Source: a virus
Taxonomy: Duplodnaviria > Caudoviricetes
IMG/VR virus record: IMGVR_UViG_3300023170_004399
Coordinates: 160,001 to 224,000 of that record
Length of the DNA: 64,000 nucleotides
Direction: 5' to 3' (one strand)
Shown here: positions 46,868-57,214 of the stretch, one piece after another
How the letters are laid out: every line of letters starts with the position of its first letter
Numbering within the stretch: position 1 is the first letter of the stretch
Translations under genes and position numbers: made by a program
Notes under the pieces: generated by a model
Databases searched by the model: none
What the model was told of the DNA's origin: nothing
What the model saw: only the letters and a program-made list of their open reading frames with translations

Positions 46868-48358
46868 ATGAGAAATCACATAAATGACTCGTTAGAGTCA
46901 TTAACTTTTTTGTTAGATGAAACCATATTACTTTTGAATGATAGTATTCTGACAGAAGGTTTACTTGACGATGTTTATAAAAACATTGACATGAAAGATA
47001 CACAAAATATCATAGACGCTTTAAAATCATCTATAGAACCAGTTTTAGAAGCAATAGATGAAGCAAAAAAAGATTCACCAGTACCATTACGTGAGTTTCT
47101 ATTTAGCGGCCGTTTGCGTGAAATACTGGGTGTTTTAGAAAATTTAAATAAAGAAGAAGAACAAACAAAAATAAAAATAGCATTATTGTTCTTAGCTGAG
47201 GTCAAAGACGCTCTGCAACTATTAAACATATTCATGGTAGGACTAGGTAGATATTATCAAAATTCAGACTTTTACAAAAACAGAGATTTTGAAACTAGTG
47301 GACCCGGCAATATGAAAGTTGGCGAAGCTAATTTAGTATACATGATAAAGTTAGATGATGCAGCCAAACAAAAGATTATGGCAGACGAAAATGCTAAAAC
47401 TATTCTTACTAAGTTAGTTGAAAATTATAACAAAATGTACCAAGATATTACAGCTGCTATTGGCAATGTTATTAACAATGGTGCATTGTCTAAGTTAGCA
47501 AAATACGAAAAATCTAGTTTTTTTGGCTTTATAAAATCTGATGTGAAGAATGATGATGCTGTTGAGCTGCTAAATGATTTAGAAGAAGAGTGTAAAAAAT
47601 TATTAGGTCCAATTGACAATCTTAAGAAAAAATTTAATGCAGACAAAATGGGGTTTGCGTTCTTGTTATCTCCAATAACTGTTGAGAACATGGCTTTGAA
47701 ATTAAGAGGATCAGCGGAAAGCGTAGATAATGCCACAGCAAAAGCCGAAGATTTACACGATGATATGCAAGCTGCAGAAACTGAAATGAAAGAAAAAGAA
47801 GGGGAATCATTTGCCGATTTAAAATCTGAAGTTGGCGAATCATTTGTTGACAAGTTTTACAATTTTGCAAAAGGCATTGGTTTAGATGACGAAAAAATCA
47901 AAAAAGCTTTTGTTGTATTAGCAGATAAAAAAGATCAGATTAAGTCATACTTAGGATTGAAAAAAGAATCTTTTACAAGGATGAATTTGAGCTTATTATT
48001 TGAAGTTGATGAAAAATCTGAAAGCTTTATTAAATTTATAAATCAACTGTTGAAAGATTTAGGTGCAGAATATAAGGAAGACGACGTTAAAAAGTTTGTC
48101 TCTTCTCTAGATAGCGGTGTAGAAGACACTCAATCAAAACCAGCTATCAAATTAACACGAGGACAACACAGAGAGTTTATAAAAAACTTTATGCAACCAC
48201 CCGCGGGATCTGACAAGAAACATATGTTCCAGTACTTACAAAGTGTCAAATCAAAACCGGCAACAGATAAAAAAGTTGCAACTACTATAGGGAAACATAT
48301 GAATAAAGCAATTAAGGCAACGGGTAAAGATAAATTTGCAATATTCCCTGAGGAATAA
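46868..48358 (+). CDS. Hypothetical helical protein, probably virion-associated
   Basis: Long ORF; ILTEG and LLFEV motifs. Confidence 0.7.
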   Translation: MRNHINDSLESLTFLLDETILLLNDSILTEGLLDDVYKNIDMKDTQNIIDALKSSIEPVLEAIDEAKKDSPVPLREFLFSGRLREILGVLENLNKEEEQTKIKIALLFLAEVKDALQLLNIFMVGLGRYYQNSDFYKNRDFETSGPGNMKVGEANLVYMIKLDDAAKQKIMADENAKTILTKLVENYNKMYQDITAAIGNVINNGALSKLAKYEKSSFFGFIKSDVKNDDAVELLNDLEEECKKLLGPIDNLKKKFNADKMGFAFLLSPITVENMALKLRGSAESVDNATAKAEDLHDDMQAAETEMKEKEGESFADLKSEVGESFVDKFYNFAKGIGLDDEKIKKAFVVLADKKDQIKSYLGLKKESFTRMNLSLLFEVDEKSESFIKFINQLLKDLGAEYKEDDVKKFVSSLDSGVEDTQSKPAIKLTRGQHREFIKNFMQPPAGSDKKHMFQYLQSVKSKPATDKKVATTIGKHMNKAIKATGKDKFAIFPEE

Positions 48359-48379
48359 CTGTTTTTAATTAAAAATAAC

Positions 48380-48387
48380 ATATTTAT
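48380..48387 (+). promoter_or_regulatory. ATATTTAT motif (putative late promoter)
   Basis: Intergenic copy upstream of the large virion protein gene. Confidence 0.35.
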
Positions 48388-48418
48388 ATAAAAAATATAT
48401 TTTTTATTGGAGAGCACA

Positions 48419-51400
48419 ATGGCGGTAATGTTAACTGAAAGTTATAAAAAACGATTAGCTAGAAAATATAATGATAAAAATTTTCGAACAAAGAATATTA
48501 GAGTTTTAGTAGAAGCAGTTGATAGGACTAAAACAGAATATAATTATATATATGATGCATATGATTTGACTAAGAAACAAAGAGTTTGTTTAAAGTTAAT
48601 GTCTGAAATGTACAATGTGCCGCCAAATCAGCTGATTTTACAAGAAGATATATATAAAAAATTGTCTAGCTTTTGGCGCAAGTTAACAGGATCAATGCCG
48701 CAAGATGCTGCACTTGATGTTTCAGCTGATAAATCACCTCTTCATAATAAATTAATTGCACAAGCTGCAAAAGAACAACTTGATGGTAGCAATTTTATTA
48801 AACGCGCTAAGCGTGGTTGGGCAGCTGGTAAAAGATCAGATAAACGTGGAGAAGGTTTTTGGGGTGGTTATGGTGTTGGCTCGAAATTTAGATCAGCAGT
48901 TGCTGACATGTCTTCAAATTTTCAGTTTGGTGTACATGGCGGCGTTGACAACGAAAAACTTGATGCAATACGTGGGGAATTTGCTGGATTGGTTGATGAT
49001 TTTGAAGCAACTGGTAAGGCAGCTGCAAAGGATTTAGTTGCTAAAATACACAAAGCAGCTGAGGAGAGCAATTTTCCAAATAATCCAAGCGCAGAAGAGT
49101 TTTGTAAAATTTTATTCGGCCATTCCCATATTGACGATTTGGAAGGTGATAACACTGAGGCTGGTGGAATATTAGGTGCAATATTTGCTTTTAGAGAAGA
49201 TTTACAAGAATTAGTAAATAAACAATCTATGCCCGTTGATGTTGCGAATGCATTGCTAGATCAGCTGAGGAGAATATTAAAGAATTATGCCGGGCAAGTA
49301 AAAGACAGTTATGCCAGTAGACTTATAAAAACATCAGAAGGCGTGTTTGGTCGAGATGATTTGCTTTATAACGACAAGTACAATTTAAAGCAAAGGCTTC
49401 TTGAAGCAAATGAAGATAATGAAGATCAAGAAGGTGGCGAAGAAATCGATGAAGAACAAGCAAAATTAATTAAAGATTCTGAACGTTTCTTCAAGACTAA
49501 ACAAAAGCAGAGTCGGCAAAAAAGTAAACAACTTGCTAACAAAATAGATATAACTTTAAATGGTGGAAAATATGCTGAAAAAGAAGAGAATTTTCCGGAT
49601 AAGTTAATTGTTAAATATAAAGACAAAGATGGTAAAGAAGTAGAAAAAGTTTATCAAACTAGTGAGGTCCTTTCCGGGACAAAGACAAACACCAAAGCTG
49701 ACTTAAATAAACCTAATGCATCCATGGGTCAGAAATTCACGGCTTTGTTTAAAAAGTTTATGAAAAATAAGAAAGCGCAAAAGATTATCAAGCCGGCAGT
49801 TATTGACCAAGCTATTAAGACAAATCCGGAATATAAAAAATTGTTACAAAGAAAAGATTTGCAAGGTAAATCTTTAACAGATGAAGCTTATGAGAAAATC
49901 ATGGCTGATATCAAAAAAAATGAAAGTGTTTTAGGACCTTTGATTTTTGCATTAGTAGGTACAATTGGCATGGCTATGGGTGCATATGCTGGTGGAAGTG
50001 TTTTAGGTAATTTCGCTGCAGACACAAATGTTCAAAACTGGATAGCATCTTTACCTGGTACCAATGTAATGCAAACAGCTTCTTTTTTAGCAGATGCAAG
50101 TTTGCCTATTTCTACAACAGGACACTGTTTTACCGGTGTTCTTTATGACATTGGTCCCACATACGGCACGACTTTCGATGTAGCAAATCATACATCAACT
50201 CTGAAAGATGCAAAAGCTGTATTGATACAGGCTTTTGGAGATGGAACCACTCTAACACACGCTCAACTACAAGCAGGTATGCCAAGTCTAAACGTTTCCC
50301 AGGCTTCTTTCGACGCTATGATGGATCCTGCTAATTCAACTCAAGCAATAGGCGATTTTTTCCACAGAAGTGGTACATTTAATGGTATTCTTCCAGGTTC
50401 GGAGTTTTATTTAGGTGCTTCGAAGGTTTTTGTAAAGCAATTGGTAATGATGGGTGGAAGATACTATGTTGCCAACACATTTTATGCTATGGGTGCCAGT
50501 GCTATGGGGGGAACATCATTAGCTGGCGCAGTTTCGGGTGTTGGTGGCATGACTGTAATTGCAACTGGTGGTACTGCAATAGCTGCAGCTGCATTAGCTA
50601 TCGTAGCGTTTAGAAAATTAGGCACTAAAAGAAATAGAAGAAATATGATTATGTCATTAGTCGACTTGATCAAACCTATAGAGGGTGCTAGTAAACCAAT
50701 CGACCCGGATATAGAAAGAATTTCCCCTGTTGACACGCCACCGGTGGTAAATCCAACAAAAGACCCTAACTTAAAAGCATCATTTGATTTAGTAGTAAGA
50801 TTTTTAAAGAAGAAAGGATATAATCCAAAAGACGCTTTAAAATTAATGCAAGCATTGTACAACCCAAAAACAAAATTAGGCAGAAAGAGTTTCAAAGATT
50901 TTTATGATGAATCAGAGTCACAACAAAATCTTCGAGCGCATTATTCACGCACTGGAAAATACTCGCTTTTGGCTGTGTTATCAGAAGATATATCATATAA
51001 AAGATATGCGAAAAGAATGAAGCGTGCTGCGAAAAAAGCAAAAGTACCTTTTTTAAATGATGAGCAGTTAAGAGCAGCTGCTATTGCTATTAACAATGCA
51101 TATATTATTGGTGATATTGACGAGACAACATTTCCTAAAGATATAATGGAAAAAGTAATTGAAGTTGAATCTGAAGAGCTAAAGAAAAAATATGAAGATG
51201 CTTTGAAAGAAAACGAAGAATTAGATAGAATAATGAAAAATGCTGTTGAAAGTGCTGCTGCAGAAATAGGTGTGCAAGCAGAAACAATCCAACAGTTGAA
51301 AGCTAAATTAGATGCTGCAATTAAAAAAGGTAATTTGAGTGAGAGTCAACTTCAAATGGCGATAAGAACAATTCAGGGTTTAGAACAACAAGTAGCAGCT

Positions 51401-52279
51401 TTACAAAAAAATGTTGATGAAGACATTGCTTATCTTTATGGTGAAATGTATGTAATGCATGAAATTTTAAAGAAAATAATGAATAATCCAGAGCTTAAAA
51501 TTGATGACAATGAAGAAAAGAAAATGTCTGATATGTATGAAAAGTTAATTGCAAGATTAGATTTAGAAGGCAGCGCTGAATATACTAAATTTTTAGAAAA
51601 CGGCACCAGTATTGGGCAGTTAAATAGCATATTCGCGAAAATAGATGAAACACCAAATGATTTTCTAGAAGATGTAATGAATTTGACATCATACCTTAAT
51701 GAGCTACATGCAAAATATATGGCTGCAAAATCATCTGAAAAGAAATACGAAGGTGATTTAGGTAATCTTCATACTTTATATTTAGCGCTATCGGGTGTTA
51801 GTAAAATTTTAGACAATGAGGGTAACGTAACTGCAGATGTAGAACAGGCTCGATCGACAGGTAACATAGCAGGTGCTCTTGATGCGGCTACAAACACAAA
51901 AGCTTTAGATAAATACAATAGAATAAGAAAGACTTTTAAAAGAAAAGGTTTTGATGTACCAGCTGATGAAAGGGCTGATATGATAAAAGATTTTAGTGAT
52001 GAAATGTCAAAAGGTTTTGATGCTGTTGGGGCAGCTGTAGAAAAAGGTGGTAATGTACGGGATGACGGTGCTGAAGCAGCATATTTTAAAAACAAGAAGA
52101 GAAAATATCCGCATGCACCATTCCCTGCAGATAGTGCTTTAGAAAAGAAGTTTGCTAAACAAGCTGAACGTCGAAGAAAAGATAGAGAAAGAAAAAGGAA
52201 AAAGCGACTACAAGCATGGAAAACAAATGATGGTAACTTGCTTATAGAAAGATGGCAAAAATTAGCTGGTTTAAAATAG
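48419..52279 (+). CDS. Large hypothetical protein, probable internal virion/ejection protein
   Basis: GGAG SD; two hydrophobic G/A-rich segments; coiled coil; ends ERWQKLAGLK. Confidence 0.7.
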   Translation: MAVMLTESYKKRLARKYNDKNFRTKNIRVLVEAVDRTKTEYNYIYDAYDLTKKQRVCLKLMSEMYNVPPNQLILQEDIYKKLSSFWRKLTGSMPQDAALDVSADKSPLHNKLIAQAAKEQLDGSNFIKRAKRGWAAGKRSDKRGEGFWGGYGVGSKFRSAVADMSSNFQFGVHGGVDNEKLDAIRGEFAGLVDDFEATGKAAAKDLVAKIHKAAEESNFPNNPSAEEFCKILFGHSHIDDLEGDNTEAGGILGAIFAFREDLQELVNKQSMPVDVANALLDQLRRILKNYAGQVKDSYASRLIKTSEGVFGRDDLLYNDKYNLKQRLLEANEDNEDQEGGEEIDEEQAKLIKDSERFFKTKQKQSRQKSKQLANKIDITLNGGKYAEKEENFPDKLIVKYKDKDGKEVEKVYQTSEVLSGTKTNTKADLNKPNASMGQKFTALFKKFMKNKKAQKIIKPAVIDQAIKTNPEYKKLLQRKDLQGKSLTDEAYEKIMADIKKNESVLGPLIFALVGTIGMAMGAYAGGSVLGNFAADTNVQNWIASLPGTNVMQTASFLADASLPISTTGHCFTGVLYDIGPTYGTTFDVANHTSTLKDAKAVLIQAFGDGTTLTHAQLQAGMPSLNVSQASFDAMMDPANSTQAIGDFFHRSGTFNGILPGSEFYLGASKVFVKQLVMMGGRYYVANTFYAMGASAMGGTSLAGAVSGVGGMTVIATGGTAIAAAALAIVAFRKLGTKRNRRNMIMSLVDLIKPIEGASKPIDPDIERISPVDTPPVVNPTKDPNLKASFDLVVRFLKKKGYNPKDALKLMQALYNPKTKLGRKSFKDFYDESESQQNLRAHYSRTGKYSLLAVLSEDISYKRYAKRMKRAAKKAKVPFLNDEQLRAAAIAINNAYIIGDIDETTFPKDIMEKVIEVESEELKKKYEDALKENEELDRIMKNAVESAAAEIGVQAETIQQLKAKLDAAIKKGNLSESQLQMAIRTIQGLEQQVAALQKNVDEDIAYLYGEMYVMHEILKKIMNNPELKIDDNEEKKMSDMYEKLIARLDLEGSAEYTKFLENGTSIGQLNSIFAKIDETPNDFLEDVMNLTSYLNELHAKYMAAKSSEKKYEGDLGNLHTLYLALSGVSKILDNEGNVTADVEQARSTGNIAGALDAATNTKALDKYNRIRKTFKRKGFDVPADERADMIKDFSDEMSKGFDAVGAAVEKGGNVRDDGAEAAYFKNKKRKYPHAPFPADSALEKKFAKQAERRRKDRERKRKKRLQAWKTNDGNLLIERWQKLAGLK
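52249..52270 (+). repeat. 22-nt dispersed exact repeat, copy 1
   Basis: AAGATGGCAAAAATTAGCTGGT (RWQKLAG), identical at 58863-58884. Confidence 0.9.
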
Positions 52280-52286
52280 GTGATAT

Positions 52287-52733
52287 ATGAAAAGATTAAA
52301 CGAAAGAAAGCTTTTACGTATAATAAAGCAAAAGTATAAGCAAAGATTAGCGGATCGTTTAATTGAAGCTAATCTTTCAGAAATGGATATTGCAGATAAG
52401 CGTGGAAATGTGTTGTTATCGCGTGGTTTAAAAGTCAGACATAAAAAAAGCGGGTATGTGTATACAGTAGACAGTGTTGAAGGCACCGGCGAAAATACCA
52501 AAGTAGTTTTAAGGCACCCAGATGAACCAAGAGTTGACCCTGGGGATTCTGTTGATAGTTTACACGAGGATGATGGTTTAGGTTTTGATATTAATGATTT
52601 GAACATGGACAGAATAGCAAATAGACCAGTTGATCCTACAAAGGCCGGATTTGCAAAAAGTAAAATGCAAAAGTCACATGACACAATAACAGTAAGTAAG
52701 AAAACTTTTGAAGAAGAATACGAATTAGCATAG
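52287..52733 (+). CDS. Hypothetical protein (small beta domain)
   Basis: AGGTG SD; begins MKRLNERKLLRIIKQ. Confidence 0.75.
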   Translation: MKRLNERKLLRIIKQKYKQRLADRLIEANLSEMDIADKRGNVLLSRGLKVRHKKSGYVYTVDSVEGTGENTKVVLRHPDEPRVDPGDSVDSLHEDDGLGFDINDLNMDRIANRPVDPTKAGFAKSKMQKSHDTITVSKKTFEEEYELA

Positions 52734-52740
52734 GTGTAAA

Positions 52741-53448
52741 ATGGATGATTTAATTAAAAAAGCTGTAGAACAAAGTTTAAAAAGAAGTAAATACATTAAG
52801 AAGCATGCTGATATTAAATCTAGCGTTACTTTAAATGAAGCTTATGTTGTGCAAGCAAAAAAATATGATTTAGCTACAGATTTACTTTCTGGTAAAAACA
52901 AACAAGCCCACAACCAGTTGTTAGCTAAGTACGTTGAAGATTTAAATGCTGTTTCAGCTAAGTTAGATGCTGCTGATAGAGATGATGCGAATTTAAACCA
53001 CAGTGAATTTAGATCATTAAAAATAGATGAAGTATACAATTTAAATGCTGCATTTTTGCATGGCATGTTTTTTGAAAATATATCAGATATGCAATCTGTA
53101 ATCACTATGGATAGTTTGGCATATATGCGATTGTCTCGTGATTTTGGTACGTTTGATGATTGGCAAAAAGATTTTGTAGCATGTGCTATGTCTGCTCGTA
53201 ATGGTTGGGCAGTAACAGTTTACAACACATTCCTTAAAAGATATATTAATGTTGTTGTAGATTTGCATTCTTTGAATATACCATTTGGTTCAATACCAGT
53301 TATTGTTATGGATTGTTGGGAACATAGTTACTATAGAGATTATTTAAAAGATAGAAAAACATATGTTTTTGCAATGATGAAAGAATTAAATTGGAATACT
53401 ATTGAAGACCGGTTTAAAAAAGCTGACAAAATATCAAAGGTTGGGTAA
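52741..53448 (+). CDS. Fe/Mn superoxide dismutase with an N-terminal extension
   Basis: All four metal ligands: KQAH, FLHGMFF, MDCWEHSYY; DFGTFDDW, GWA. Confidence 0.88.
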   Translation: MDDLIKKAVEQSLKRSKYIKKHADIKSSVTLNEAYVVQAKKYDLATDLLSGKNKQAHNQLLAKYVEDLNAVSAKLDAADRDDANLNHSEFRSLKIDEVYNLNAAFLHGMFFENISDMQSVITMDSLAYMRLSRDFGTFDDWQKDFVACAMSARNGWAVTVYNTFLKRYINVVVDLHSLNIPFGSIPVIVMDCWEHSYYRDYLKDRKTYVFAMMKELNWNTIEDRFKKADKISKVG

Positions 53449-53449
53449 G

Positions 53450-54253
53450 ATGAAAAGAAGACTTATGGAATTAGCAGGGATTATACATAGATCTGAACCA
53501 ATAAAGGGTAGACGTCTCCTAAGGGAAGAACCTGAAGATGATGCCGGCGACGCTGGTGGAGATGACGCAGGAGGTGGAGGTGCTGAAGGTGGCGATAGTG
53601 ATAGTGGTGCTGATAGTCTTTTTGGTGATGAACCAGATGATGGAGGATTAGGTGATGATTCTGGTGCTGAGGGTGGAGAATCTGGAGATGCAGCATCGGG
53701 TGGAGAAGAAAAACCAGATGAACCGGAAGAGAAAGAGCCTGAGTTATCACCTGGTGATAAACAAAGATTTGGTGAAACAGTTGTCGGTGATGTAATATAC
53801 ACCAATATACAAGGTTCATTTCATAAAGCTGTAAAATCTCGGGAGGTAGGTGAAAGATATCACAGGGGTAAACCCGGGGAAACTTATGTAAAAACAGAAT
53901 CATTACATAGGTATAGTTTAAGTGAATTATTGTTCGAAAAGAAAGACAAAGAAGAAGAAAAGCCAACGCGTGTTGATTTAGCAAATTTTGATATGCAGAC
54001 TTATGCAAATGAGATAGCTCATAAAATAAAATATTACACAACACAGTTTGATTGGCAGGGTATGATTTTAAACATATCTAAGCAGTTTTTATTAAACAAT
54101 ATTCATGAAAAAGAAGCACAGCAGGCTGTACAAGAGTTTGAAGAATTGTTAGCTAGAGTTGAAGGTCTCGATGATTTAATTGATGATTACGATGATCCAG
54201 AACCGATACACACTGCAGTTGGCGCCGTTGGTGGCGGAGGTGGGGGTGTTTAG
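53450..54253 (+). CDS. Hypothetical protein with a G/D-rich low-complexity region
   Basis: Start ATG 53450; RRLMELAGI motif. Confidence 0.7.
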   Translation: MKRRLMELAGIIHRSEPIKGRRLLREEPEDDAGDAGGDDAGGGGAEGGDSDSGADSLFGDEPDDGGLGDDSGAEGGESGDAASGGEEKPDEPEEKEPELSPGDKQRFGETVVGDVIYTNIQGSFHKAVKSREVGERYHRGKPGETYVKTESLHRYSLSELLFEKKDKEEEKPTRVDLANFDMQTYANEIAHKIKYYTTQFDWQGMILNISKQFLLNNIHEKEAQQAVQEFEELLARVEGLDDLIDDYDDPEPIHTAVGAVGGGGGGV

Positions 54254-54522
54254 TGTCCAAAAGTAAAAGATATGATTTTACTAACAGGAAATCAATTCAT
54301 TTTCACATGACCAAAGATATACACAAAGAATTTAAAAAGAGGTTGTTTGATGATGAAATTACTATGCAAGAGTTTTTTGAAGAGTGCGCTATTAGGATTG
54401 TTGAAGACGATGCCTACATGGTTAAACTTATTGAGCGACTTAAGCAAAAAAGGATTGAAAAAGAAAAAAGAATATATTCCGTCGAAGCTGATTCAATATA
54501 CGATGCAATCGAAAAAGAGTGA
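54253..54522 (+). CDS. Small basic protein, possible ribbon-helix-helix regulator
   Basis: RKSIHFHMTKDIHKEFKKRL..ITMQEFFEEC pattern (beta strand plus two helices). Confidence 0.5.
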   Translation: MSKSKRYDFTNRKSIHFHMTKDIHKEFKKRLFDDEITMQEFFEECAIRIVEDDAYMVKLIERLKQKRIEKEKRIYSVEADSIYDAIEKE

Positions 54523-54745
54523 TTTAGAAGAAGTACTCTCGAAAAAAACTCTTACTGACATGTCAAAAATAAAAATGACTCAGTCTAGCTTGTTGGTGTC
54601 AACAAAAGAAATTGCTAAAACACAAAATATGTTATTAACATATATACAAGATTTAGGCTATGAATTAGACGATTTAAAAATAGCTACTGGAATTTCCCGA
54701 AAAAAGAATATTTATTTCTATAAAACATCTGATAAAGGACACTAA
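54503..54745 (+). CDS. Hypothetical protein
   Basis: Start reassigned to ATG 54503 to remove a long overlap. Confidence 0.5.
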   Translation: MQSKKSDLEEVLSKKTLTDMSKIKMTQSSLLVSTKEIAKTQNMLLTYIQDLGYELDDLKIATGISRKKNIYFYKTSDKGH

Positions 54746-54758
54746 TGGGAGAAATCAT

Positions 54759-55034
54759 GTGGCTACTAAAGAAGAAGTAAAAGATGCTATCAAATCAGCA
54801 TTAAACGTTGAGCTTTCTGCGGAACAAAAAAAGGCCTTATACTTAAATAATAAGAAAAAAGGTATGTTAGACACTGTTCAAGAGAAAATTATATCAAGAA
54901 AATTATTAGTTTTTACTGTTGCAACAGCTTTAATGTGGTATGGTTTAGATTCAGACACGTGGGGTATGATTGCAATGACATATATTGGTGGTCAAACTGC
55001 TATCGATTTTGCTAAAGTTTGGCGTGGTGCTTAA
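54759..55034 (+). CDS. Holin-like membrane protein
   Basis: SRKLLVFTVATALMW and WGMIAMTYIGGQTAIDF, two short hydrophobic helices; basic C-end. Confidence 0.55.
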   Translation: MATKEEVKDAIKSALNVELSAEQKKALYLNNKKKGMLDTVQEKIISRKLLVFTVATALMWYGLDSDTWGMIAMTYIGGQTAIDFAKVWRGA

Positions 55035-55351
55035 TGTTGTTAAAAATTAAAGAATATTGGCAGTGGCTTGTTGGTGCTATACTAGTTTTAGCTGCTTACA
55101 CGTTAGGTAAAAAACAAACTGGCATAAATTCTGATGATTTAGAAGACATGTTAGAAAACAGCGAAAATGAAAAGCAGAAGTTGATGAAAATTCAGAAAGA
55201 TCACTTAAAAAATAAAAAAATTATTGAAGCTGATAATAAAAGACAGGTTATTGAGTTAGAAGAATGGAAAAAATCTGAGGAAGCACGTATTGAAGAAAAG
55301 AAAAAAGATTCAGATGATGTTTTCGCAGAGTTGGGTATTAAAAAGAAATGA
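55034..55351 (+). CDS. i-spanin-like protein (N-terminal TM plus coiled coil)
   Basis: WQWLVGAILVLAAYTLG followed by a charged helix; coupled TAATG. Confidence 0.45.
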   Translation: MLLKIKEYWQWLVGAILVLAAYTLGKKQTGINSDDLEDMLENSENEKQKLMKIQKDHLKNKKIIEADNKRQVIELEEWKKSEEARIEEKKKDSDDVFAELGIKKK

Positions 55352-55746
55352 TTATATTGTTAACTAAGTTAGTTTTTGCGCAAACACCAGAATACACATA
55401 CATTGAGACTGGTGAACCAGCACCATTTTCTGGTCGTTTATTCAATGATGCTGCTAGCGAGCTGCTAAGTGAAACTATTGACGTTGGCTTGGAAAAATGT
55501 AAATTAAATACTGAGTATGAGATTAAAAAACTGCAAATAGAGCATAATAAAGAGTTACAGAATTTAAAAAATGATTATAATATGGTCATTAAACAAAAAG
55601 ATGCCAAAATACAAAAACTTAATAAGGATATAGAGATTCTTAATGATGTAAAAACACCACCTAAGCCTAAATTTTGGTTTTCATTAGGTGCTGGCACAAC
55701 TGCCGTTGTTTTTGGTACGTTAGCCTATCTCATTGGAGCTAATTGA
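55348..55746 (+). CDS. Exported coiled-coil protein with a C-terminal TM (spanin-like)
   Basis: MIILLTKLVFA-Q signal, GEPAPFSGRL, coiled coil, KFWFSLGAGTTAVVFGTLAYL. Confidence 0.45.
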   Translation: MIILLTKLVFAQTPEYTYIETGEPAPFSGRLFNDAASELLSETIDVGLEKCKLNTEYEIKKLQIEHNKELQNLKNDYNMVIKQKDAKIQKLNKDIEILNDVKTPPKPKFWFSLGAGTTAVVFGTLAYLIGAN

Positions 55747-56879
55747 TGAAAATAAAAAAAAGCAAACTAGATAAAGCCATTGAAAATTGGTTGTTCGAAG
55801 ATAGTGTACCTAATAGAAGAAATAATGTTACTGACGATAAAGTTGCAGGAACATTAGGTGATGAAAGAGATTTGGTACAAATGCCAATTGACCCGACTCC
55901 GCATGTTCCTTTGATATCAAGAAAAAAATTGCCAATAGACGACAGTAAATGGGAACCAGTCAACCCAGAAGAGTTAGCATATGCTGTAAAAGAATTAGCT
56001 GATGCAATACCTGATGAAAAGGTAGTGGCTGCTTATCAAATTATTAAAAAAACTATTGAACAAATTATTGAAAGGGAAAACCTTAAGGTTTCTGACATTG
56101 CTTTTGATAAAGATTATAAAGAAAGTAATAAACCAATTAAGAGTATCAAAAAAGAGAGTTTAATAAGAGAAGCTGGCGGAGATGATGACGATGAAGAATT
56201 TTTGCCGGACATTGATGACATTATAGAGTTTGCATCATTTAACCCGAATACAGATTTATCACTAGTGCCAGGTTTTGATGAAGCAATTGAAAAAGCTAAA
56301 AAAGAATATACTCTCGAAGACTTAGTTAATTTAGGTGTATATACTGGCGTTAAAACTAGTGGCCATATGAGAAATAAAATTGAAACAGAAATTTTTCCAG
56401 TTTTAGCTGCTAGTCGTAATGCTGTAGTGTTAATCAATAAACTGATAAGCTTTGTTAAATATTCCAAGTGGGCGCATGACATGTTTTTAGAAACCGGGCT
56501 TTTATCTGGCGCCTTAACTCATGACAATATTAATGATTTAAGGACAACTATTCTCATGTCTTCTTTAGACACTAGGGATAAATTTGGTTTTAAAAAATCA
56601 CACAAAGATATTCCAACAAGCTCACCACTTATGAGCGCATGGGGCTTCGTCATATATGAGGTTATAACAAAGCCAGCCATGAAATATTTAAAAAAATTAG
56701 ATTATGACCCTGCTAATATTAATAATCAAGTAACGGTTGAAAATGCAGAAGCTATTATTGAAAAAATACAAGACCGTTGGAATACAATGCCAGCTAAAGG
56801 TGCTGGCACAACAAAGTTATCTATCTCTAAAAAAGCTTGGCTCGAATGGGCAGATTTTCAAATGAAATTTGGTAAATAG
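55746..56879 (+). CDS. Hypothetical protein
   Basis: Begins MKIKKSKLDKAIENWLFED. Confidence 0.75.
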   Translation: MKIKKSKLDKAIENWLFEDSVPNRRNNVTDDKVAGTLGDERDLVQMPIDPTPHVPLISRKKLPIDDSKWEPVNPEELAYAVKELADAIPDEKVVAAYQIIKKTIEQIIERENLKVSDIAFDKDYKESNKPIKSIKKESLIREAGGDDDDEEFLPDIDDIIEFASFNPNTDLSLVPGFDEAIEKAKKEYTLEDLVNLGVYTGVKTSGHMRNKIETEIFPVLAASRNAVVLINKLISFVKYSKWAHDMFLETGLLSGALTHDNINDLRTTILMSSLDTRDKFGFKKSHKDIPTSSPLMSAWGFVIYEVITKPAMKYLKKLDYDPANINNQVTVENAEAIIEKIQDRWNTMPAKGAGTTKLSISKKAWLEWADFQMKFGK

Positions 56880-56881
56880 TT

Positions 56882-57214
56882 ATGAAGTTAATGAGTGTAA
56901 TGGAAAAATATTTTGATAACGTGATTGCTGAAAGTGCAACACCGATAAAACCAAAACCAAGTACAAAAAAATGGATGCGTAAAGAAGATCCAAATCGATT
57001 AGTACGCACATTCAATATAGAAGACAATAAAAAATATAATAAATTTCTTTACGCTGTTTTAGAACATCAGAGAAGTGTCAATCACCACGCAAAGATATTA
57101 GCAGAATACCCTAATATTACAGTGGAGATATGGTCACACACAATAGAAGATATTACTGAGATGGATTTAGATTGGGCTCGAGATGTTTCGGCCTTATACA
57201 AGAGAGAAAAATGA
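56882..57214 (+). CDS. Pterin-4-alpha-carbinolamine dehydratase-like protein
   Basis: W..., LVRTF, NHH, VEIWSH, ITEMDLDWA. Confidence 0.78.
   Translation: MKLMSVMEKYFDNVIAESATPIKPKPSTKKWMRKEDPNRLVRTFNIEDNKKYNKFLYAVLEHQRSVNHHAKILAEYPNITVEIWSHTIEDITEMDLDWARDVSALYKREK

Noticed and set aside
54347-54522. Long dual-coding overlap suggested by ORF 54347-54745
   Set aside because: A downstream ATG at 54503 reduces the overlap to 20 nt, and the upstream part reads as frame shadow.
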